Source: an uncultured candidate division Zixibacteria bacterium (GTDB lineage Bacteria > Zixibacteria > MSB-5A5 > GN15 > FEB-12). From it: a stretch of DNA of 64,000 bases. The position numbers were made by a program, and so were the translations under genes. The DNA is taken from contig CAWDXE010000007.1 in the NCBI GenBank assembly GCA_963806185.1, positions 576,001 through 640,000 on the forward strand, given 5' to 3'. Below the pieces are notes generated by a model. The model was not told the origin of the DNA and made no database searches. It was given only the letters and a program-made list of their open reading frames with translations. The number at the start of each line of letters is the position of its first letter. Within the stretch, counting starts at the first letter, position 1. Shown in pieces: positions 1 through 9,990 of the stretch.

Positions 1-1
1 G

Positions 2-244
2 TTTTTTTCCAATATCGAGGTACTCTCGACTATGCTGGGGGCGGTCGTATTTAGCGATCTGGGAACGGTTTGGCAGAACGATCAGCGAGCCCTGAGCCAG
101 CCAATATATCGCAGCATTGGGTTTGGCTTGCGCCTGTCACTGGAGAAATTCACGAAAGACGAGATCTTCCGGCTGGACGTTTCCCGGGGCCAGGACAACA
201 ACTGGGAGATCTCTTTTGGGAATCACCAGTATTTTAGTCTCTAA
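2..244 (+). CDS. C-terminal fragment of an outer-membrane beta-barrel protein (BamA/TamA-like), 5' truncated
   Basis: Frame is open from the window edge. Amphipathic strands (GAVVFSDLGTVW, SIGFGLRL, FRLDVS) and an aromatic C-terminal strand (QYFSL). Confidence 0.6.
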   Translation, partial: FFSNIEVLSTMLGAVVFSDLGTVWQNDQRALSQPIYRSIGFGLRLSLEKFTKDEIFRLDVSRGQDNNWEISFGNHQYFSL

Positions 245-258
245 AAGTTGAACAGCCA

Positions 259-286
259 TTGACAAACCGTTGGATTTCAATATATT
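259..286 (+). promoter_or_regulatory. Putative sigma70 promoter
   Basis: TTGACA-N16-TATATT upstream of the 387 ORF. Confidence 0.45.
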
Positions 287-386
287 ACCGTTGCAGGACT
301 ATGGGCAAATCCCGCCTCACGGGACCCTTGGAATGGTACTTACCACGACGGTCGGTTAGCGCCGCAATCTGAACGCTTGAGCCTTA

Positions 387-2480
387 GTGAGCACACGAAT
401 GCAGATTCCCAAACTTCAGTCGATGAATACACCAATGGTTTCAATCCATCGCACATATCGTCTCTGGGCGTGCATATTGGCCGCGGGGTTTCTGATGCTG
501 TCGTCTCTGCCCGCGATGGCCGGCAATCTTGTTTTGGCGGATCGGGACCCGTTGCGACTGATTGAACAGGAATTCAGCGCCGGTCAGATCACGCGAGACG
601 AGAAGGCGTTGCTGCAGATTCGGGCCATTGTGCATCCCGACCGACTGCCAGCCCGTTTTCAGTCACTGGCGACAGCAGCCGATCAAGTAGCTTCGCGCGG
701 CGCCACGCCGGCGATTCTGGATATTCGCCACCATTGGGATGAATTGTCGGCTGCCACGCAAGCGGAAGTGACTGAGGCTCTGTCGCGACCCGCGCGGGCG
801 TTTGCGTACGTTTCCCCGGGCGGATTTTTCAAGATGCACTACGACACTCTGGGCACGCATGCCGTTCCGAAGACGGACGGCGACTTCGATGGCGTGCCTG
901 ATTTCGTGGAGAGGTGTGCAGCCTATTGTGATTCGTCGCTCGACAAGCAGCGCGTGCTCGGCTTTCTGGATCCTCCGTCTGACGGTACCACTGGGGGGGA
1001 CAGTCTCTTCGATGTGTATTTCGAGCAGACGATCTATTACGGTTACGCGGTGCCGGAAGTGCCGGGTCCCCAGCCCTGGCCGGATTACACCAGTTATCTC
1101 GTATTGCATCGCAACTTCGTGGGTTTCGCACCCAATGATGATCCGGAGGGCGACGTGGCCGGCGCGGCCAAAGTGACCGCGGCACATGAATTTCATCATT
1201 GTATCCAGTTTGCGTACGATTCCAACGAAGGCAACTGGTTCATGGAGCTGGACGCCACCTGCATGGAGGATATTGTTTTCGATCAGGTCAATGACAACTA
1301 CAATTACCTGTCTGAGTACATGGACTATCCGGATACGTCGCTGATGACCAATACCATGCAGTACCATTGGTACGCTTCGTTTATCTGGGACCTGTTTCTG
1401 GTGGAGAATTTCAATGTATCCCTGCTGCCGGCTGTCTGGAACGGCGCCCGGTACACCAGTGTTTACACGGCGCTGAGCGATTCACTCTCCGCAGACTTCG
1501 GCTGGTCTCAGGACTCGGCGTTCGTGGAATTTACCAAGTGGTGTTTTGCCACGGGATATCGGAACGACAATCTGCATTTTTCAGAGGCATCATCGTATCC
1601 GCTGGTGGATTTGAGTGCGCTGCATACCAGTATCCCGGTGGCCAGCACAAGTTCTGCTTCGATGCCCGCGGGCTATTCGGCAACGTACATACAATTCATG
1701 CCGGGCACGGAGACGGGCACGTTGCGGATCAACTTCGACGGTTCCGACAGCCGTCAATGGGCGGCGTACGTCATCCGCTCGACCGCTGTCAACGCGCACG
1801 AGTTCATGGCGATACCATTGACTCCGGGGAGCTACACCGGGTACGTCAATGTGCCGCAGTATGACGATTGTTATGCCGTGACGCTGGTGGCGGTGAATTT
1901 GACTGAATTCTCGACCCCGGGTAATTTTACCTATTCGGCGGTGATGAAATCGCCATATGAAGTGAGCTCTCGGATCGTAACCGACTCTGGGATCTATTCC
2001 GGGGCCGTGCGCCAATTCGAGTATCTGGTGCGTAATCCCGCACCGGTCGGTGACGTTTATCGGGTCAAGGCGACCGACGAGCACCTGTGGATAACTCCGT
2101 CCGCCCAGGACGTATTTGTACCCAGTCACGACAGCGCGATCGTGACAATTCCGGTCTCGGTGCCGGATCTCACACCGTTGGGGACGACGTCACATCTGGT
2201 CTTTTCGGCCCGATCGAAGAGCGATTCAACGGTTTCCGATACGGCACGGATGACGGCGATCACCGTTCTGCAAAGGGGAGATTGTGCGTTTGACGGCGGG
2301 GTGGACATCGGTGATCTTACCCGGCTCATTGATTTTCTCTTCCTCTCGAACAGTCCGATCACACCCGACCCTGAGGCCGGGAATATTGATTGTATCGGGT
2401 CGATAGATATAGCCGATCTCACCTGGCTCTTGCAGTTTTTGTTCTCTTTGGGTCCTCCTTCGCCCTGCAATCCGTACTGA
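387..2480 (+). CDS. Secreted zinc metalloprotease (MXAN_6640-like) with C-terminal type I dockerin domain
   Basis: Signal peptide, HEFHH zincin motif with downstream WFME, and a duplicated dockerin Ca-loop/helix (GDCAFDGGVDIGDLTRLIDFLF ... GNIDCIGSIDIADLTWLLQFLF). The true start may lie downstream. Confidence 0.8.
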   Translation: MSTRMQIPKLQSMNTPMVSIHRTYRLWACILAAGFLMLSSLPAMAGNLVLADRDPLRLIEQEFSAGQITRDEKALLQIRAIVHPDRLPARFQSLATAADQVASRGATPAILDIRHHWDELSAATQAEVTEALSRPARAFAYVSPGGFFKMHYDTLGTHAVPKTDGDFDGVPDFVERCAAYCDSSLDKQRVLGFLDPPSDGTTGGDSLFDVYFEQTIYYGYAVPEVPGPQPWPDYTSYLVLHRNFVGFAPNDDPEGDVAGAAKVTAAHEFHHCIQFAYDSNEGNWFMELDATCMEDIVFDQVNDNYNYLSEYMDYPDTSLMTNTMQYHWYASFIWDLFLVENFNVSLLPAVWNGARYTSVYTALSDSLSADFGWSQDSAFVEFTKWCFATGYRNDNLHFSEASSYPLVDLSALHTSIPVASTSSASMPAGYSATYIQFMPGTETGTLRINFDGSDSRQWAAYVIRSTAVNAHEFMAIPLTPGSYTGYVNVPQYDDCYAVTLVAVNLTEFSTPGNFTYSAVMKSPYEVSSRIVTDSGIYSGAVRQFEYLVRNPAPVGDVYRVKATDEHLWITPSAQDVFVPSHDSAIVTIPVSVPDLTPLGTTSHLVFSARSKSDSTVSDTARMTAITVLQRGDCAFDGGVDIGDLTRLIDFLFLSNSPITPDPEAGNIDCIGSIDIADLTWLLQFLFSLGPPSPCNPY

Positions 2481-2609
2481 ACGGATTCAGACAGTACTTT
2501 TTAGTTGACTTGTCTACCCCCACTCTGGTATTAAGCGGCGTACGTTAATCCACTTAACTGTGTGATCTTCCTCACGACGATGGTCGGTTCACACAGGAGA
2601 GAGGGGGAC

Positions 2610-2825
2610 ATGATGGATAACGGATTTGAACCGCGCGTTCTGATCTGTTGTGATTGTCACGAGGAGTTTGTGTTCACGGTCGCGGCGCAACAGTACTTTG
2701 CCGAGCGGGGGTACACGGAGGATCCCCGGCGGTGTAAGACCTGTCACACGACGTTCAAGAAGTCGCAGCGTGACGGGCAGACGCACCACGTTGTGCATGA
2801 TGACGCAACCTTGCGGGAGGCCTGA
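2610..2825 (+). CDS. Small zinc-ribbon protein (zf-trcl-like, CxxC...CxxC)
   Basis: GAGGGGG RBS before ATG 2610. Sequence ICCDCHEEFVFT..QQYFAERGY...PRRCKTC. Confidence 0.8.
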   Translation: MMDNGFEPRVLICCDCHEEFVFTVAAQQYFAERGYTEDPRRCKTCHTTFKKSQRDGQTHHVVHDDATLREA

Positions 2826-2850
2826 AGCTTTGTCGTGAGATCAAGAAGAC

Positions 2851-2882
2851 AAAAAGCCCCTCGGAAATCCGAGGGGCTTTTT
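2851..2882. terminator. Bidirectional intrinsic terminator
   Basis: AAAAAGCCCCTCGGA-AA-TCCGAGGGGCTTTTT between convergent genes. Confidence 0.9.
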
Positions 2883-2922
2883 CTTGGGAATGTGGTGCGA
2901 AAAAAGGAAACGTGGTCAAAAG

Positions 2923-4665
2923 CTAGCGTATCAGAGCCATTTTCTTCACTGATTCCATACCGGCGGCAGTCAGGCGGTAGAGGTAGATTCCGCTGGCCAC
3001 CGGCTGCAAAAAGTCATTGGTGCCGTCCCAGACAAGACTCATGGTGCCCTCGGCGACCGGACCATTCACCAGCGTCTTCACCTTTTCGCCGATGATATTA
3101 TAGATTTCAAGCGTTGCCTGACCGGTCACCGGGACTGAAAACTCGATATGTGTACTCGGGTTGAACGGGTTAGGGTAGTTCTGCGCCAGCCGGATGCTGG
3201 CTGGCAGTGTGGTGTTGGTATCGTCGACGCCCGCCGAGACGTTGACCATGAGATCGGCCGTGATGACCGGGCCGGCGGCGACGATGTTTTGTACGCTCAC
3301 CAGCGTACCGCCAGACTGGTAGGCATCGGAGCTGGGTGATGAAATTGCGGTGAACGAGGTGTTGGCCGCGCTGCCCGGGTAGGGATCGCCGGCGTCGCCG
3401 CTATTCGTCTTCTTCTCGATCTGATACAGACCGTCAGCCTGTTCCAGGGCCACCCAGTAATGGTTGGCGTCGACTTTCCCCGGCTGAGTAGGATACCACT
3501 CTTGTTGATTGCTCGATTTGCCGTCATCGATGTGCCAGATCATCAAGCCGGAAGCCGGCAAATAGGTATCAAAGCCGGTCTTCAGTCTATTTTCAACCAG
3601 GAAATACTCGTTGCTCGCGGCACCGGAGGTCCACATCCGGTAAACCGCACCGCCGGCCTCGACCGGGAGAATAGTCACACCGGTTTGGTTACTGGTAACG
3701 TTGGTAGGGGTGATGATTCCCATCTGCTCGCGGCTCCAGGCGCACGGATGCGCCGGTGACCCACCCAGCCCGCCGGGGCCGTTCCAGGAACCGTAGGCCA
3801 TGATACACCATTTGCCCAGGCCATACGAGCTGTTGTCAGTGTCGTACAGGTCCGGCAGGCCGAAGCCGTGAGACAACTCATGCGCATAGACGCCGGGGGT
3901 CATATCGCCGGAGACATACCAGTATTCGGGCTGGACGGTATAGCTGGAGAGCCATACGCCATCGCGATTCAGGCTGGTTTTCAGCCCCCACTTGTGGGAC
4001 CACATGTCGGCCGTGCTCCCGGACAATTCGGCGCCGGTGCCGGTGTGGATAATCAGCAGGCAGTCTACCCAGCCGTCACCGTCGTTGTCGTAGTTCGAGA
4101 AATCCACGAGGCTATCGGTAAGGTTGATCATATCCTCGGCCAGTCTCTGTGAGTTCTGCGGATAGGTGCCCGTACCGTAGCTTGTGCCTACGTAATATGC
4201 ATACGTGCTGGGTGCCGTGCGCCAGCCGATGGCCGTGGGGAGGTTGACGGTGATCAAGTCAATCTGCCCATAGGAGATCTCGTTGAAGTAACTGTTCACC
4301 GTGTTGCCGTTCGCATTGAACAACAGCGAATCATAAAAAGTAGCAGATACGCTGGAATTCTTATCCGAGAATTTGACGAGCAGGGCAAGAATCTTGAAAC
4401 CGGCCGACCCGGGAGCTCGGTTGATGCCGCCATTCGCGGCAGCATTTTGCTTCCGGAGGTATCTTGTCAGGAAGCTGTCCGGCTGACAAATTCCACGTTG
4501 ATGCCATTCCTGATTATCCGGCAGCAGGACTGGCGCCCGCAGGGCCGCGGAATCGTTTGATTCCAACAGGCTCGGATTTGGGGGCATGGCGTTCAGGGTT
4601 CCGACCAGAACGGCCGCAATTGAAAGCAACATGAGCAGTAGTTTTCGCATACCATTTCCTTTCAT
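2923..4665 (-). CDS. M6 family (immune inhibitor A-like) metalloprotease with C-terminal FlgD-Ig/T9SS-like sorting domain
   Basis: Signal peptide, HELSHGFGLPDLYD, WCIMAYGSW, EYFLVENR, and a C-terminal QNYPNPFNP...SGIYLYRL...KKMALIR. Confidence 0.9.
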   Translation of the reverse strand: MKGNGMRKLLLMLLSIAAVLVGTLNAMPPNPSLLESNDSAALRAPVLLPDNQEWHQRGICQPDSFLTRYLRKQNAAANGGINRAPGSAGFKILALLVKFSDKNSSVSATFYDSLLFNANGNTVNSYFNEISYGQIDLITVNLPTAIGWRTAPSTYAYYVGTSYGTGTYPQNSQRLAEDMINLTDSLVDFSNYDNDGDGWVDCLLIIHTGTGAELSGSTADMWSHKWGLKTSLNRDGVWLSSYTVQPEYWYVSGDMTPGVYAHELSHGFGLPDLYDTDNSSYGLGKWCIMAYGSWNGPGGLGGSPAHPCAWSREQMGIITPTNVTSNQTGVTILPVEAGGAVYRMWTSGAASNEYFLVENRLKTGFDTYLPASGLMIWHIDDGKSSNQQEWYPTQPGKVDANHYWVALEQADGLYQIEKKTNSGDAGDPYPGSAANTSFTAISSPSSDAYQSGGTLVSVQNIVAAGPVITADLMVNVSAGVDDTNTTLPASIRLAQNYPNPFNPSTHIEFSVPVTGQATLEIYNIIGEKVKTLVNGPVAEGTMSLVWDGTNDFLQPVASGIYLYRLTAAGMESVKKMALIR

Positions 4666-4683
4666 CGCGATTCCACGTTCCCT

Positions 4684-5952
4684 TTAGAATTGAAGCCCGG
4701 TGGAGACAGCCAGATCGAGTCCCTTGGCCGAGTAACCGGAGAGCTTGTGACCGGTCACGACAGCGGCATCGAGGTAAAAGCCGACAAAGTGCAGGCCGGA
4801 GCCGAAACTGAATGCGGTATTCTTGTCACCGCCGGTGGAAAAACCGGCGCGCAGCGGCAGCAGACTGATGAGTGACCATTCGGCACCCGCGCCGATGCGA
4901 GGATCGGTGGAGGTCCCTGGTCCGTCACTCAGGCCTTGTTCATAATCCAACGCCCAGACAAAGCTACCGGTGGTATTCGCTATCCCGAGAGTAAGGGTGC
5001 GGGGAAGAGTAGTTGAAAAATCGTTGATCGATTTTGAGTAATCATCCGAGGTGATGTAATCCTCGTCGGCATTGTCCACCGTCATGGTGTCGAAGTTGAA
5101 CAGATAGCCGTGTTCTTCAGTCTCGCGATTCCACTTGATCGTGCCGATGGCGTTTTCAAGTTGAGCGCCGATCGTATAGTTCTTTCCCATGGCCAGGGCG
5201 ACACCGAGATCCAGGCCGTAACCGCGTCCGCCGGTGGCGGTTCGAGCCACCATTTCACCTTCACCCTGAAAGCCGGCGGCATAGGTGGCGGCGACGCCGT
5301 GCATTTTGGTCACTTCTTCGACGGCAATGCCGTAGAAGTATTTGAAGGTTGCGCCGACGGCAAGCTGACGGCTGCCGTTGGAATAGATCGGGAAGCCGTA
5401 CGAAAGACCGGCGGAGGCATAGCTCATCACGTCAGAGTAGGAGCCATTGACGCTGATTGAGTCGGCGAAGGTATTTCCGTTCAGGACGAGGTCCAGGAGA
5501 TCCTTGCTGAGATTGATGTCGGCCGTGCCCACGCCGGAGGTGGCAAAGGCGACGTTACCGCTGGAAAAGCCCATCGCGGTAGCTTCAGCATCAAGCGAGA
5601 GCTTCATGCCTTCAGCCGGAACCTTGTCGAGGATGTCCGATTTGTCGTCGTCAGTGAGAAATGCGCCGGTGTACTTGTTGTAGTCATCGAGAGTGAACGT
5701 GTTGTTCACCAGACTGGCGCCGACGCCGATCAACTCCAGGTTTGTCTTCTGGTGATTGGACAGACCCAGGTTGGCCGGATTGTACTTGACCGCGCTGACG
5801 CCGGTGGCGAGAGCGGTCTGAGCGCCGCCCATGGCGACGCTGCGGGCGGAGGATTGGCCCCCGGCAAGTGTTGACGTGGTGCTCAAGGCGACCAGCGCGA
5901 CCGCCAGGGCTGCCGACTTACGGCAGGCGAATACGTGATTCAGTGTACGCAT
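4684..5952 (-). CDS. Outer-membrane beta-barrel protein (DUF5723/TraF/FadL-like)
   Basis: Signal peptide, ARSVAMGGA...YNPANL N-terminal motif, G.GLDLG and LPLRAG strands, terminal Phe. Confidence 0.7.
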   Translation of the reverse strand: MRTLNHVFACRKSAALAVALVALSTTSTLAGGQSSARSVAMGGAQTALATGVSAVKYNPANLGLSNHQKTNLELIGVGASLVNNTFTLDDYNKYTGAFLTDDDKSDILDKVPAEGMKLSLDAEATAMGFSSGNVAFATSGVGTADINLSKDLLDLVLNGNTFADSISVNGSYSDVMSYASAGLSYGFPIYSNGSRQLAVGATFKYFYGIAVEEVTKMHGVAATYAAGFQGEGEMVARTATGGRGYGLDLGVALAMGKNYTIGAQLENAIGTIKWNRETEEHGYLFNFDTMTVDNADEDYITSDDYSKSINDFSTTLPRTLTLGIANTTGSFVWALDYEQGLSDGPGTSTDPRIGAGAEWSLISLLPLRAGFSTGGDKNTAFSFGSGLHFVGFYLDAAVVTGHKLSGYSAKGLDLAVSTGLQF

Positions 5953-5963
5953 GGCGGCCTCCC

Positions 5964-8009
5964 TTAAAAATTCCCGTCGAAATGGTATTCCACTTCGATG
6001 CGGGCGTTAATTCTGAGATAGTCACTGGCAGTCAGCTTCACCGGTTGTCCGTTGGAGTCGTGCAGCGTGATGACTGACATGCTGTAGAGAGTGTCGTTGG
6101 TGAGGATGGCGTTGACATCATCGGACGTCAGTATCAAAGTCTGGTAACCGGTGGACACGGTGTCCATGGCCAGCGAATTGACAACAGGAGCGGCCGGCAC
6201 GGTGATACCGTCAATCACTTTGTCCGGATTGGTCAACAGCGTGGCGGAATCACCGCCGAGGAAAATCTGGAAATCGGCGCCGATCGGCAGACGGCTGGTG
6301 ATGTTATACACGAACCGTGCTTCGACGACGTGATCGGTGATCATGTCGATGTCGTCCTGCTCGATCTTTTCGTCCTCGACATCCGTATTGATGTGATTCT
6401 CATTGATGATCAGTTCGAGCGGGGCGATGATTTTGATCCGGCCGAAGATGAAATCGTTGGCGCGGATGGTCCCTTCACTGACGCCGTCGCCGAACGAAGC
6501 TGTGCCGCTGGCGGAAATCTGGGCCGGAATCGGCGACAGAAAGTCAGCCACGGAGGTGTCGGAGAAGGTCGTGATGACCACGCCGTCAGCGGAGCCAGGA
6601 AGAACGGTTCCGGTGAGGTGGAGGGTCTTCCCGTTGCTGCCCTGGACGTTCAAGTCAATGGAGCCGGGCAGTTCGACCTTATTGTGAATTTCCAGTTCCA
6701 GCGCGGCATGCACCAACTGGACGGAATCGAATCCCTTGGGTATATCGATATCTTCCTGCACCGGGTCGATATTGGCTTCGACGGCATCAAACAGCCCGGT
6801 GACGGAGCTGAAATTCAGGTTGGTCAGCGCCGCGGAAACTGAGAAGTTCTGCGACTGCTGGATGTTGACCTGATTGGGCGCCGTGGCCGGTGCATCAGCA
6901 GTAACGTCGATATTGATGGACTGGGGCACGGTCTGGTCGATCGGAGCCAGTTCGTAACCGGCAAGATTCTGAACGACGTTGGCCGTACTATTGGCAGCAA
7001 TCTGGCGAGTCACGGTCAGCGCCTGGCCCGACTGCGTGAGATCCGGAAACGCAATATGAATCGCAGCCGCCAGCGGCGTGTTGTTGCTGATGGTTAATTG
7101 GAGTTGACCATTACCAAACGTGGCGTTGGTGATGGGTGTCGTTTCGGCGAGTCCGACTTGCTGACTGAATGAGCGTGAGATCGCCGGCACTTCGGCCGTC
7201 GCGGCGATTACCGTGAGAGGGCCGTCAGCGTGCATCGAAGTCGTGATTGTCGCGGCTGCGGTCGAGAGGACGACGGCCGCCTGGTTGTGGCAGTCGGCGT
7301 TGACGCGCAAGTTATTGGAGACAGTCAGGCCATCGAGGACGAACGGAAGCGAATCCGTAGCGCCGTTGGCCAGGCCGCCGGGTATGCTCTGTGTGCCCAG
7401 TGAAACACTGTTGCCGACGTCGTAAAGTTGGACGCGCACCGTATCGAGATCGATGCCCAGATTATTGTCGATGACCGCGTAGAGCGTACCTGACGAGATA
7501 GTCGCCGAAGAGAAATTCGATATCGGCGGCATGTCGTTGGAGATCGAGAAACTTGCCGGCGGTACAACGCCGCCGCCTCCGGCCGCGAGACCGGCGATAT
7601 CGTCAAATGACACCTGCACCGGCGCGACGGAAGGCGATTCGATTTCAATCGGCCCCAGGGTCTGCGAGGTGCTGTAGCTCAGGTTGCCGGTGGAGAGGTT
7701 GGACGCGTCCAGATGAAAGGTATCCAGATCTTCCGTGATCGAATACACCACGTTAGCCAGCGAGTCCATCTCCAGACCTTCCTGGTCGATCCGACGGATC
7801 AATTCTTCCATGGGATAGGTCCGGTTGATGGCCGGCACGACAAACTGCGTGTTCCATTCCGGAGCCTCGGGCTTCTTAATAGTGCACTGAGTAAGGGTGA
7901 GGATAATCACTACCAGTGCGGTTCCGAAAGCGATCCGGCCCAACCAGCGCCACAGCGCCTGGTCCAGGCTGTTTCCATCAGTGTTCCGTTGGTTTCGCGC
8001 CATACACAT
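5964..8009 (-). CDS. Large beta-rich putative lipoprotein of unknown function
   Basis: 681-aa ORF with a hydrophobic stretch followed by LTQC (lipobox-like). Lies 11 nt from the barrel gene. Confidence 0.7.
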   Translation of the reverse strand: MCMARNQRNTDGNSLDQALWRWLGRIAFGTALVVIILTLTQCTIKKPEAPEWNTQFVVPAINRTYPMEELIRRIDQEGLEMDSLANVVYSITEDLDTFHLDASNLSTGNLSYSTSQTLGPIEIESPSVAPVQVSFDDIAGLAAGGGGVVPPASFSISNDMPPISNFSSATISSGTLYAVIDNNLGIDLDTVRVQLYDVGNSVSLGTQSIPGGLANGATDSLPFVLDGLTVSNNLRVNADCHNQAAVVLSTAAATITTSMHADGPLTVIAATAEVPAISRSFSQQVGLAETTPITNATFGNGQLQLTISNNTPLAAAIHIAFPDLTQSGQALTVTRQIAANSTANVVQNLAGYELAPIDQTVPQSINIDVTADAPATAPNQVNIQQSQNFSVSAALTNLNFSSVTGLFDAVEANIDPVQEDIDIPKGFDSVQLVHAALELEIHNKVELPGSIDLNVQGSNGKTLHLTGTVLPGSADGVVITTFSDTSVADFLSPIPAQISASGTASFGDGVSEGTIRANDFIFGRIKIIAPLELIINENHINTDVEDEKIEQDDIDMITDHVVEARFVYNITSRLPIGADFQIFLGGDSATLLTNPDKVIDGITVPAAPVVNSLAMDTVSTGYQTLILTSDDVNAILTNDTLYSMSVITLHDSNGQPVKLTASDYLRINARIEVEYHFDGNF

Positions 8010-8192
8010 TCCCCCGAGGGTTGATGTTCCACTTCTTCACTGGAGGAGAAGTAGTGCAAGCGCAGTGCCGACCGGGATTTCGTCCGGAACTGATTGGCGG
8101 GCAGCGCATTAGTTGATTGTCTGGGGGGATGTTCCCATAGCGGTACACTGGCGCTTGCCATGAAATATGGGCGAAGCGCCATGATGATCGCA

Positions 8193-8221
8193 TTGACAAG
8201 GCCGGTGGGCAGCCGTATACT
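8193..8221 (+). promoter_or_regulatory. Near-consensus sigma70 promoter of the WYL gene
   Basis: TTGACA-N17-TATACT. Confidence 0.7.
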
Positions 8222-8248
8222 CGATGAGGAACGGGGATATGATTATCT

Positions 8249-9211
8249 ATGGGAATGTCTAAGCAGGATCGTCTGCTGTTTATCCTTAATCTGCTGCGCA
8301 GTCGCAAGAATCTCAACGCGGCGCAACTGGCCGCGGAATGCGGTGTGACCGAGCGGTCGATCTATCGCGACATGCTTTCGTTGTCGGAGGCAAATGTCCC
8401 AATTTACTATGACAACGGATACAAGGTTGCTTCCGAAAACTTCCTCCCGCCGCTCAATTTCAGTTTTGAAGAATACCGGGCGTTGAAAATGGCGCTGGAG
8501 TCGTCGCCGCTGTCCAAAGCCGGTTCGTATGCAGAACTCTTCCGGCAGGTGCAGGCAAAGATCGAGGCCGGACTCACTGACGGTGTACGCGAACAGAAGC
8601 GCTTCGCCATTCCTACGACAGACGTAGAGGTGCCGCTTACGGTTCACGAGGAGTTGGCCGCTTCCTTCTTTACACAGATCGAAGAGGCAGTACTGCACGA
8701 TCTGGTGCTCGACATGGAGTACGATTCAATAGCGGCAGGGGTGGCGCGACGAGAGGTGGAGCCGTATTTCATCGTGTTCCGAGGGAGAGCATTTTATTTT
8801 GTCGCTTATTGCCATGAGCGCGAGGATTTCCGGACTTTTCGCATTGACCGGGTCAAAGCGCTGGCGATTAAGGCAGAGCACTTCCGTCGAAAATCAGGAA
8901 TTGATGCCAAGTCTTACTTCGGAGGCAGCTGGCAGTTTCATCGGGGTGAGCCGGTCGAAGTAGTCGTTCGATTCGTCGGCCGGGCAGCCCGAGTCGTCGC
9001 CTCCAGCCGGCATCACGCGGACGAAACGGTCGAAGTGGTGAATCCGGAGGAGGTGATTTACCGGGTTACCGTCTCCGGCATCGAGGAGATTAAGCGGTGG
9101 ATACTCGGGTTTGGCGCGGAGGCGTTAGTCCTTGAACCTCCTGAACTTAGAGACTCCATGGTAGCTCTGGTCAAGGCGCTCGCAGCGCTTTACGAGCCGT
9201 CTCAAAAATAA
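8249..9211 (+). CDS. WYL-domain transcriptional regulator (YafY/PafB-type HTH-WYL-WCX)
   Basis: wHTH LAAECGVTERSIYRD, WYL core RREVEPY...FYFVAYC..REDFRTFRIDRV, WCX WILGFG..A.VLEP.ELR. Confidence 0.92.
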   Translation: MGMSKQDRLLFILNLLRSRKNLNAAQLAAECGVTERSIYRDMLSLSEANVPIYYDNGYKVASENFLPPLNFSFEEYRALKMALESSPLSKAGSYAELFRQVQAKIEAGLTDGVREQKRFAIPTTDVEVPLTVHEELAASFFTQIEEAVLHDLVLDMEYDSIAAGVARREVEPYFIVFRGRAFYFVAYCHEREDFRTFRIDRVKALAIKAEHFRRKSGIDAKSYFGGSWQFHRGEPVEVVVRFVGRAARVVASSRHHADETVEVVNPEEVIYRVTVSGIEEIKRWILGFGAEALVLEPPELRDSMVALVKALAALYEPSQK

Positions 9212-9231
9212 TCGGAGAAACTTAAACTCGG

Positions 9232-9250
9232 ACTGACGGCATCTGTCAGT
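9232..9250. promoter_or_regulatory. Palindromic operator, probable WYL-regulator site
   Basis: Perfect inverted repeat ACTGAC-N7-GTCAGT between the two HTH/WYL genes. Confidence 0.55.
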
Positions 9251-9289
9251 AGCCAAACTTATCGTGTCCGAAGAAAGGAGACGGCTAGT

Positions 9290-9826
9290 ATGGCAATTAC
9301 CAGACGAGGGGAGCGTCCGAGGAAGACGGCAGTAAGTGATCGCCCCATGACCAAATCAGAACGCATATTATTCCTTATTGAACTGCTCAAGGCTCGCGGG
9401 TGCGTGGAGCGCGGTGAAGCGGCCGAAGCGTGCGGTATTTCTGAGCGGACGCTCTATCGCGACTTGCAGACATTGGCGCGGTTGAACATGCCGGTGGTTT
9501 CAGACGGTCCCTATATCCTGAAGACTGAGCGGGTTTCGATCGAGAATTTTGCCGAGACTTCGGATGCGGAATTGGCCAGGTACAGCCGGATACTGGAGAC
9601 GTTTATTTCCGCGATCAAGTGGGGGATGCCGTTGATTATCACTATGCTGGGGGAGCATCGCTCGACCGAGCATCGGCACCTGGCGCGCGGGATAAAGCTG
9701 AAGCGGAACGGGCTGTGCTTGTCGGTGTTATCCTATCCGCACAAGAAGCCGGCTGACATTCCCATTGCGCGAATAGTGCGGATGTCGGCGGTCACAGATG
9801 GTGCACGGGATGGCATCAACAACTGA
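9290..9826 (+). CDS. HTH_11 protein with short degenerate WYL-like domain
   Basis: AAEACGISERTLYRDLQTL is paralogous to the upstream HTH. C-terminal beta region ending IPIARI. GAAAGGAG RBS. Confidence 0.7.
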   Translation: MAITRRGERPRKTAVSDRPMTKSERILFLIELLKARGCVERGEAAEACGISERTLYRDLQTLARLNMPVVSDGPYILKTERVSIENFAETSDAELARYSRILETFISAIKWGMPLIITMLGEHRSTEHRHLARGIKLKRNGLCLSVLSYPHKKPADIPIARIVRMSAVTDGARDGINN

Positions 9827-9929
9827 GATTGTCCCGTTTATCGTGTAGTGACCGTTTCACAATTGCGGCCAATGTGAGGGTGCGAAGCGGGGGCCGTGTT
9901 GAAATCTTCCGGCTACAGATGCCGCTTGC

Positions 9930-9964
9930 AAAAACACGCCGTCGGGAGCAATTCCCGACGGCGT
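9930..9964 (-). terminator. Intrinsic terminator
   Basis: 12-bp stem ACGCCGTCGGGA/TCCCGACGGCGT with a U-tract on the minus strand. Confidence 0.8.
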
Positions 9965-9990
9965 ATTGGTGTGCGATCGATCGGCAGATT

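Noticed and set aside
295..385. Possible c-di-GMP riboswitch in the protease leader (GGGCAAA followed by a hairpin)
   Set aside because: It lacks the GNRA loop, the GCAAAGC junction and the receptor elements. An Rfam scan would be needed.
2823..2882. TGA followed by a hairpin after the zinc-ribbon gene as a second Sec site
   Set aside because: The TGA is at the natural C-terminus and not at a Cys position, and the hairpin is a U-tailed terminator.
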